From Klebsormidium nitens (Eukaryota > Plantae > Klebsormidiophyceae): a stretch of DNA of 64,000 nt. The notes under the pieces were generated by a model. The model searched no databases, was not told the DNA's origin, and worked only from the letters and a program-made list of their open reading frames with translations. The position numbers were made by a program, and so were the translations under genes. The stretch covers positions 186,001 through 250,000 of the forward strand of contig DF236958.1 in the NCBI GenBank assembly GCA_000708835.1, written 5' to 3'. Below are positions 48,011-57,087 of this stretch, one piece after another. The first letter of the stretch is position 1; each line of letters starts with the position of its first letter.

Positions 48011-51000
48011 GGGAAGGATGCTGTGCTCATGTTCAGTTGCCAAGTAACATGCCTGCAGTAGCTCCATGTGACATGGATTTAGAATTGAATTCTGGGCTGT
48101 TGTACGTAAAGTCTTGTTGTTTCTATTCTATTCCATGATACGAAGTAAACAAAACTACCTATGAGTTGCGAAGGTTACCCACTCTTTTCAGACCAACCTC
48201 GAGTGGTTTGAAAGCTGTGCTTGTTTGATGTCTACTCGATTGATCAACCCGCCAACAAGTTCTTTCAAACCCAGTGTGCGAGCTCCTTAGATGCTTCAAA
48301 TTTCCTAGCAAATGATGCCGTCGGAGATGGCGGCTGAATGTCAGGCAAACCGCAACGTCCACTTTTAAGAGTCCCTCCAGGTACTTCCGTTGTCTAACCT
48401 CCCGTTGACTAACCTCTGGCTACGCTTGCGCCCAGATGGGCCGTGGCCGGACCACTAAAGCTACAGTCATCGGCTCCCTCGTGCGCATCGTCTTTGTGCA
48501 AATGCATTGAGTACCGCGACAACTTGACGAGGGGTCCAGCTCGGGGACAATTTTTGAAAGAGCGCTCTGGACACCAGCCCTAACGGAGACTGCTGAGAGC
48601 GCCCAGAAAATCCCCCGGGTGAAGAACCGGACGGTCAGTCACGGGCTGCCAAGAACGCCTAGGGGGATCCCCCAACTGCCGACATTGCCCAGGAGGACCC
48701 CCCGGTGAGATCGGGGAATCAGCCAGCCCAGCCGCAGACCGGGAGATCCTATTTGGGGAAAAGCCTCCGGCGCCAACCCCTCGACGGAGCCTGAGCGGGA
48801 ACTACTTTGCAATGACGACATCGGGGTGATACGAGCGATTGCTGCTGGAGAGTGGGGCCGAGTGCCGGAGGTTTGTGGTGAGGGAACGATACTGAGGTCG
48901 GTCGGCTTAGCTGCGACGCTGGCCGCCCTTTTTGAAGGCTGATGGAGACTGCTTAAAATGGTTCGAATTAACAAGCCAAAAGTTTGTAAATCCGTTCCGC
49001 AAACATTCCCTCTCTCCCGTATGTCTCCCGCGGTTCAATCTTCTCCTTTTCGACACTCGTCTGAAAAAGAGGGCGCCTTTTGTTGCAAAAGCTTGTCCCT
49101 GATGCAGCCTTGCAATCATGACGGATCGATCTCAGAAACCGTGGTCATTCTCTTCACTGAAGTCGTGCTCAACCGGGCTTCAACAAGAAAATTTATCTCA
49201 AACAATCTCGACTATTCGGACTAGATTCTCGCAAAGCTCAACCATCAGCATGGGGATACTGCTGCGTTCCCTGTTCCTGCTGCCTTCCCTGTTCCTGATT
49301 GGCCGCTATTTGTTTCGAGGTTCCGTTCATCTCCGTCGTCGTTTTGAGCCAAATCCCTGCCCCTCTTAATAGTCTACTTCGTCGTGCCTACTACGCCGAT
49401 GTATGAGGTATCCGCCACCCGACAAACAATTGACGCTCAACGGCTTGACGTGACACTCGGATTTGTCCGCATACCTCTCTTCCTTTCATCTGAGCGACAA
49501 CTTTCTCTGGTGATGGTTTCCCCCTCCGTCGACTCCGAGAAGATCAACAAACATCCCTACCAAAGGAGATTTCTTGGGGGTAGACTTCCCTTCCGATTGC
49601 TGAGCGACGAAATTCTCTGCAGTTGTTTTTGCACAGGTTCTCCGCCCCTGCTAACCGCGAGGAGATCAAGTTTGTCCTCAATGGCCTAGGCGAAACAGCG
49701 GCGGCCAAATCATCATCCCCCGGGACCGGCCGCAATCAACGCCGTCGCTTACGAGCAGTACGCCGAGATCAACGACCCGTGGGTGCAGAGCTTGTTGAGG
49801 AGAAAGTGAATCTGTTATAGCCGCTGTTAAGCACCAGTAAGTACGATTCTGTGGTCCATTTGATAATGGAGTATATAGTGAAGAGAATAGAGGTTATCAT
49901 GACGCAGAAGCGCTATAACTAGTAGGGCGGGTTGCAATTAGATCGGGACGCTCAGATACTTCTCGGGGACAATGCAGCAGGCGGTCCGAAATCAAATCTG
50001 CACGTCTGACACCCATGGCCACGTTTCTGAACCTCGAGAATGTTGTGTTCCCTTGTCCTCGTGCGTTAGCTACAGAGGTTTCCCACTCGTTTCATAGCAT
50101 CGCACCACTCATTGCATATGGCTATATGCCATTCCGATCATTCATTTGGGCCGCCGTTTGGCACTCTGGGCGTTTACTTACACATGCGCCGAGATCATTC
50201 ACAGACATGCAACCCGCTCCGCCATTCACGATTTGATTATAAACCATCCTCCCATTTGCATGGAACTTTCTGCCATAGCGCTGATGGGACAATCATTCTT
50301 TCCTCGGATGTATCTTGGATGCCATTCAAAGCGAATAAAGTTGTTGTAAGAACGAACAAGCTCGATGTAAATCCTGCTCCGCCACGCGCGTATGCCATCT
50401 ACACAAGAAGGTGTACATTCTTGGCTGTCAAGCGTGCATGTTTCGTTTCAATTTTTAGAATCCAGAAAGCTCCCATGAACTACACATTCATTGCATTCTT
50501 GTTTGAGTGCATCAACGACGGCGACTAGCAAGTGATCACCAGAGTGCATGACAAGACCGATTTAGCACGAGCTACTTGACGTGCAACCCCCCCCCCCTTA
50601 TTATGTACAATCTCCCCACAAACAACCTATTCCCTTTAACCTCATGGGTCCTCCTACCCTTCCTTGTCTCTCTCCTACCCTCCCACTACCCAAGACGCAT
50701 ATATCCTGGACGGCTTCGTTTCCGCTTTGGTACGTCAGTCGCCACGTATGCTCCACTGCCGCCTGTAGCAGGAGACGACGATTGGTATCAAAACGCGCCA
50801 CCGATAATGACACGACCAGGACGCTAACTTTAAAATCTAGGAGGAAAAATGACATAGTAGTGAACTCAACCCAAAAAAGCACTTGCTGGACATTTGTTGT
50901 CTGTAAGACCGTTCCAGGGTTCAGTCTCATCTCGTCCAGGGTTCAGTCTGATCTCGTTAATAAATGAGCAAGGTCACCCAAGGTCGCCCTGAACACCGCC

Positions 51001-51853
51001 GAACGCTTACCCGAAGTCGCCCCATGGTTTCTTCCCTCCCCGTCGCTGCACAGCTTTTCCTTCCCGCTCCTGGTGCGAGCTGAAACAAGAAGGATTGGAG
51101 ATGAGTTATAAACCATCATTGGCGGATCACGGGCGGCAAGGAGGAGCAAGGGGTCAGGTAACGAGAGTCGGCTAAAGCGAGAACGCTTCCACTACCGTAG
51201 ATCATGTGCAGATCGCTTGGTGAGTTTTTATCGAACTGTTTTGTGCTCACCCCCATCAACGTTCAGTGTGGCGACTGCCTGGCTCTCCTCGTTGTGACTC
51301 TCCTCGGTGTCACTAAGGACCAGCGGGGCCTGTGTACAAGGTCGGGGCGGATTAAAGACAACGAAGAAGCGATTCGGCGGCTATTAAAGCCACCTGCTCG
51401 AATGAAGCAAGACTACTTGCGCCCCTACCTAAGTCAAAAAGCTGCTCCACGCTCACCGTTGCTCGCGACGACAACTTTTTCCCAACCCGGATCGCGGGCG
51501 TCGCGCGCGTCGCGCGCGTCGCGGGCTTCGCGCGCTTCGCAGCCGTTGCGGGCGAAGCGGGCGCTGAGAAAATACGAAGAAAGTCGTCAAAGAGAAGCGT
51601 CATTGGAGGCTCAAAAAATGTCTCCTCTTCTTTCGCAGTGAGCACCTTGGAGCTCTTTTTGGCCTCCAGGAAAAGAGCGAGCGAATGTCATTTGCAGCCC
51701 CGACCAATGCTCAATGCAGCCCCGACCAATCCTTCCGCTCTACTGCGAACACAAATGGGAACACCAAAGACAAGTGACGAAAAGTCTCGTGGCACAAAAC
51801 CCCGCACCTTTTTTAGTCTTCGCGCAATTGTGCACAGAAATAGAACGGCTCAC

Positions 51854-53800
51854 CCGAAGGGCCGGCGTCATTCCCCGCACTTCGGTCCTCGTTCTTGCGC
51901 TTCTTCCCGCTTCTCCTTCCAGAACCTGGATAAGTAAAGAACGAACCTTAGGATCGTGAAGAACGGACTGAGATACGAAAACCATTCTCGCAACGGCTCA
52001 TCCGAAACCTCATGAAAAACGGTGACGTTCTCGGCAGGAGTCGCGCTAGATCAAGCTCTCTTGCGTTCACAATCTTTCCCACCCCTCACCTGAAGCCCCA
52101 CCGCCATCCCCGTCCGCGTCGGCGTCCACGTCGGCGTCCACGTCGGCGTCCGCGTCGGCGTCCGCGTCGGCGTCGGCGCCCTCCAAGAACCCTGCATGAT
52201 TTAAATTTCTTCTGTTCTCTTCGCTTTCCATTTTTCGACATAGCCACCCAAAGCTGATCAACAGGTTAAGGCTCTGAATCGACGCACTTTTGAATATTCT
52301 TGTCATGAGGCCGCTTTTAATTTGAGTATCTCTGCTTTTAATTCGAGTATCTGCGAAACACCTGAGAAGTTGCGGCGCCGGTGTCCGTCAGCAGCAAATC
52401 TCATAAAAAATACAACTTGATCACCCTGGTCTTTTCTGTCTTTTCCGAGCACCATTTAACCCATTATTTTACATACCCAGCGCTTTTTCAAACGTCGCGA
52501 AGTCAAAACGAACGGGCTTTAAGCATAGCCAGCAGTTTCGGTAAGAGAAACACATAGTCCTCGAGACTCTCGTCAGAGAAACAATTGAAGAAAGTCCTTT
52601 GGTCCCAAGATTTCTAATTTCTGATTGGAAATTAAACGGAACGCAGCGGAGCAAAAAGGAGCAGATTGCAGCGGAACGGAACGAAGCGGAACAAAGCGGA
52701 ACGAAGCAGTGCCAGAACGGTACCATCAAAACGACGCGAAAGAGAGCGGAACGGAGCGGCGCCAAATGGACCAGATCGGAACGGAGCGGAACAGAGCGGA
52801 GGGGAACAGAATGGAGCAATTCGGAAAGAAGCGGAACGGAACGAAAAGGAAAGACAAGGGTCGAATTTGAAAGACGACTCCCGGTGAAGTGTAAAACAAT
52901 GGAAACGGAGATGCGTCAGAAGGAGCGAGAATTTTAGCGCGAATTTATGCGAATTTTGTCAACTAGAGCGCAAGAGCGGGGAAGCTGAGAGAGAACTGAC
53001 CGAATCGAGAAAGCTGACCTGCGTACGAATTTGGGACGTAGTCACGTCCCACGACCTCCATGTCCTTCTCCCCAGGCCGGCAGATGTGGTACTTGAGCTC
53101 GTTTAGGTACTCGTCCTCCTGAGAGAAGTCGTCGTAGATGACATGGTGCGTGCCCCGCACCGCATCATGCGACACGACAAGGCCCGGAAAGAGCCAGTCC
53201 TTCATCACGTCCTTGTGCGATCCCTTCTCCCACAACACCTATAGGGACCCAGACTTGTTGTTACGACCTCAATATTAGTCGATTTAAGGTCGATTTGAGT
53301 TATGAGTCGAGTCGATTCATTGGGTCGCAGAAGAAAATCGTGAGTAGACACGACATCAAATTCCACATTAGCACAATTTGCCCCCCTTCTAATTCTCGTC
53401 TACAAATGAAAGAAGGAATCAATGCCAGAACACGAAAGAGTATATTTCAATGCCTTAACGAATTGTAGAGAAGAACAAATTGTAGAGAAGAAGCAGAGGT
53501 CTCTCATCCCATGGCCAGAACCGACTCGTAAGCAGAAAATCACCTTGATGCGTTCGCCCACGAGGTTCCCCTCGACTTTGCTCTCCAGCTTCGGCTCCTC
53601 CAGTTTGGGCGTTTTGGACGCATACCACCCCGCATAGATTGCCAGCTTCCGCCGGTCTCTTGGCCCGGGCCGCTTGGCCTTCCTTTTCCCTTCTTTTGAT
53701 TTGGGTCTTGGGATAGGCCCGCACCTGGTCTCCCTGGAACAGTTTTTGATCCGAACCAGTTCCCCAGCTCGCGATGCCGAAGTTGAGTGTGTTGGGGCTG
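51854..53800 (-). CDS. Exons encoding a Tudor-like domain and an acidic/basic low-complexity tail; both gene ends unresolved
   Basis: Phase-consistent exons ..53544 (..KVEGNLVGERIK), 53238-53019 (VLWEKG..WLFPGLVVSHDAVRGTHHVIYDDFSQEDEYL), 52191-52090 (GFLEGADADAD..) and 51925-51854 (GSGRRSGKKRKNE). The LVG.RIKV.W..G.V..HHVIYDD pattern is typical of plant Tudor domains. Confidence 0.65.
52630..52860. repeat. Degenerate (GGAAC/CGGAA)n pentamer-like repeat in an intron
   Basis: Repeated cggaacg / gcggaac units; the same motif recurs at 57830-58500. Confidence 0.8.
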
Positions 53801-53960
53801 CCGCCATGCTTCGCCAGAGGCCCCTCTTCGGTTAGAACGCAGTAGTTGAATCTCCTCAGCGCCTCGGCGCTCTTGCAGGATGTGATAAGGGGCGTCCAGA
53901 AGCGGTTGTGCACGTTGCTGTTCTTGGCGGTTCCCCCTTTCTGCATCACGACAAGGAAAG

Positions 53961-55178
53961 CTAATTCTTCTCACCAGAATAGGGGTTGACAGCCACGATG
54001 GCGAAGACCAGGATCTGCTTGATGGCCGTGTCCCCATTCGCCAGCTTCACCAGGGTCTTCTTTATGATGCCCGCAGTGAAATCCGCCCCAAAGCCGTTTC
54101 TGTGCAGAGCTCGGTACTTTATGAGCATGCTCTCCGTGAGCAACACCCCTGACAACGGGTCTTCTTTGGTTGTCTGCACTATGCAAAGCACGCGGTTCGA
54201 GAGGTCCACCGAGCGGGGGATCTTGGACCGTTCCTGGTCCCTAAGCTCCTCCTTGACCATTCTCAGCCCCGCATACTGATCAGAGCCCCAGGGCCTCTCT
54301 GCGCGTCTCTGCTCCCACCGAAGCTGATTGATCACCGCCCTGGTCCTTACTGCCCCCGAGAAGTTGCCCACTGCCACCTTCCCAGGACTCGCCGCGGACA
54401 GCAGGTCATTGTGCGCAGGCCGGTTTGCAGCTGCCCTCGCATTGAGTCGCGCTTCACCAGAGAGTCTGCCATAAGCAGCCGACAAACCCTTTTTGTCTAG
54501 AGTGTGCTCACACAGACAGTGCAGAACATGGCCAGAGAGAAAGCTACCCCCCTTCCCGGTTTTCTTCCGCTCAAACGGTGTCGGGGAACCCCACACGTAA
54601 ACCCTGGGGTCTAATCCTGTCGGAGGCTGCCGGCTCTGTCCCTTTGCTGGCTCAGGGGGTTGGGAGAAGAAACCCCCGACCAACAGCTTGGTTCCACAAC
54701 CAGGTCCAGTGCAGGCAAAAAGGGCATACCAATCGGGCGTGTTCCCATGAGTAGCCCTGACCTTCTTGCTGGGGTCCTTACCGCTGGTGGACGCATAGTG
54801 CTGCAAGCTATTGCTCGAAAGTGCGAGATGCTTCTTGTTCAACCTCTGCTGCACGAATTGCAACACGGCTTCCAGCTTGACTCTCCTTAAGGAGAAGTCG
54901 ACTAGGGTGCTCACGTCTACATCGCTGAAAGTCAGGGGACTCTGCTCGAGCAGGGGAAAGAATCTCCATTTAGGAACCCCGCCTATTTCAACATAGACAG
55001 CTCCCTCTGGGGTATACACAGAAGCAGGAGGGGTTTCCAACCCAAGCGCACTCGCCAGCAGGAGATCCATTGGAAGCACAAAGTCTCTTTTCACATCGAT
55101 CCCCATTGCCACTCCTTCACATGCTCTTTCAGAGCCCAGATCTTCAGACGATGGGGCGTTGCCACCTTCAAGCTCCAT
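53961..55178 (-). mobile_element. Intronless 405-aa ORF, probable N-terminal half of a Mutator-superfamily (NOF/FB-like) transposase; apparently defective
   Basis: ATG at 55178. Putative zinc-finger C-x4-C..H-x4-H (ACTGPGC..HCLCEH). The segment CIVQTTKEDPLSGVLLTESMLIKYRALHRNGFGADFTAGIIKK..ILVFAIVAVNP resembles, from memory, the region around the first catalytic Asp of NOF-type transposases. The ORF stops there, with a plausible continuation in another frame (ELAFLVVMQ..). Confidence 0.5.
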
Positions 55179-55704
55179 GCTTCAGACTTTGAAGTTTGCG
55201 AATCAGAGAAACTCCTAGGGTACTTCATCTGCCGCCATAACGCTTTACCCTCACGCTGCTTGGTCCCATTGCTGAACCAGTCAATGCGAATGCGTCTCTT
55301 CTGCACTTGAGTTTGCTTTGTGTGCATCACTCTCTCTTTTGTTTTCTTGTTTGATTGTTGCCTCCAGGATTTCTGCCGGAATATCCAAGCTTGGGACGCT
55401 AATAAAAGATGGTCGCAACAACAGCGTTATGTAAACCGTCTCACAATGTTCTGGTTTTTACCTACAATGTGCCAGCGGCATGAGAGAAACGGTTGATAGA
55501 GCCGGCAGAATCCACTTCCAACAAAAAGGTCATCGCATGATCGTATGCAAAAGTCTAGCTATCATAAGCTGGTCAATGCAAAGACGCTAGCTTGTATGGT
55601 ATGGACCTCGTCGACCTGGTCGGGACCGCTTGGACGGGAGGAAGCACGTGATCTCGTAAGCACGTGGCCTCGCTTTTGAGCTCAGCAAATCCCCGGGCAC
55701 TTCG

Positions 55705-55735
55705 CTTACCCTTCATGGACCTTACCCTTCATGAA
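55705..55735 (-). repeat. 31-bp motif, exact inverted repeat of 45309-45339
   Basis: Direct base-by-base comparison: 31/31 reverse-complement identity. Confidence 0.9.
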
Positions 55736-57087
55736 TTAGATCGAAATATATCGAATCCCTACAGTACGGCGAATTCAATTCGGCCCGACCGGCACCAGGC
55801 CTCCGAGTACGTGCACTTAGGTGACTGCAGGTGCGAGGCCTTTGGCGATGTAAGTGGTTTTGTAAGTCGCGTTGATTTATTCACCATTGCTGGAGCGAGG
55901 GATATTAGCATAGCAGGGAGTCGGAGTGACAATTGAGGTGCTGTGGCCCTCACATACGACTTTGAAATGGCTTGGCCAACGTCCATTTTCACTATCCATA
56001 TTGATATTGACGTTATCATTGTTGTTTTAAGCTGAGACTGTTCGAAGGGGTGTGACAGACCACGGTAAAACGATGACTGTGAATAAAAGGTGGTACGTTT
56101 TGTTCCGTTGTGAGCTTCATGTAGTCTTCTTAGCATTGAACAAGCTGAGCACCGCAGCGCTGTAAACATAGATCCGATAGACATTGATTGAGTCCCGAGG
56201 AATCCCAAAAGAGCCAGCGGATCCCGCGAGTAGCAATAGAGAACTTTTGACTTTTGTTGCAAGCAGAGAGTTCCTTCATGGAGTCTTATATAGCCCAAGG
56301 CTTAGCATCGCTGCAATTCTGAGGCGAGGTAAGATATTAACCGTCTTAGGACCTGATTTAGTTAGTATATTTCACTACGTTAAGATCATGCAATACGAAT
56401 CAAATTATAGTTTCAGCTTCCATACGATGGATAGATAGCCACGCCCTCCATCCTATCTACTAGCGTTTGCTTTGCCCATAGTCTACCGCTACTTTGGCTC
56501 CGTAAGAAATGCTCGTCCCTTGATTGATGTGCCAACTTTACACGAGAAACATGTGTAGCCTGACTTAGACTGTTGTGATTAATATGTGGCCCAGACTCCA
56601 AGTATGAACGAAGCTGGTCCACCATAGGCCTTGGTATTCAAAATTAAGTAGGACGAACAGAGTGCAACATCACCCGTGACCCAAATAGCCACACCCCCAA
56701 TCAGTGCTTCACATATGTTGTTGATTCGAAAGGGCTCCCTCACATACCGCCTCGTATTGCGCACTTATATGCGCCTACCCACCAGCCACCTCCGCTTCCA
56801 ACCGTTAAGGTGCCCCACAATGGACTTCCACCAACCAAATTTGGCTCTCCAATCAAGCGTTCTCAGGTTCTGGATGCCCCGCTGATCCCCACCAACAAAA
56901 CTTGGCGCTCCTATGAAACGTCCCCAGGTTATGGATCCGCACAGATTGCTAACGAAACCTGGTGCTCCTATTTAACGCGCCCATGTTTTCACTTCCCGCA
57001 TCCTCCCACCAACATAACCTGGCGCTTCGATTACGCGTTCTTCAAACCCATACTCCCCGCAGCCCAAAACCCTACAACCCGGGAGTC

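Noticed and set aside
49200-49820. Possible small plus-strand gene (FSAPANREEIKFVLNGLG..)
   Set aside because: No recognisable homology and no reliable start or exon chain.
43800-51735. Isolated short tandem duplications (17 bp at ~43800, 18 bp at ~49265, ~23 bp at ~50910 and ~51695)
   Set aside because: Ordinary slippage duplications, not at splice sites, with no further structure.
52469-52937. Several Arg/Glu/Asn-rich ORFs
   Set aside because: Translations of the intronic GGAAC-type repeat, lying within a phase-consistent intron.
45230-55830. Target-site duplication for the putative 10.4-kb element
   Set aside because: Flanks at the best outer boundaries (aacgagcat vs ggtgactgc) do not match, so element status remains unproven.
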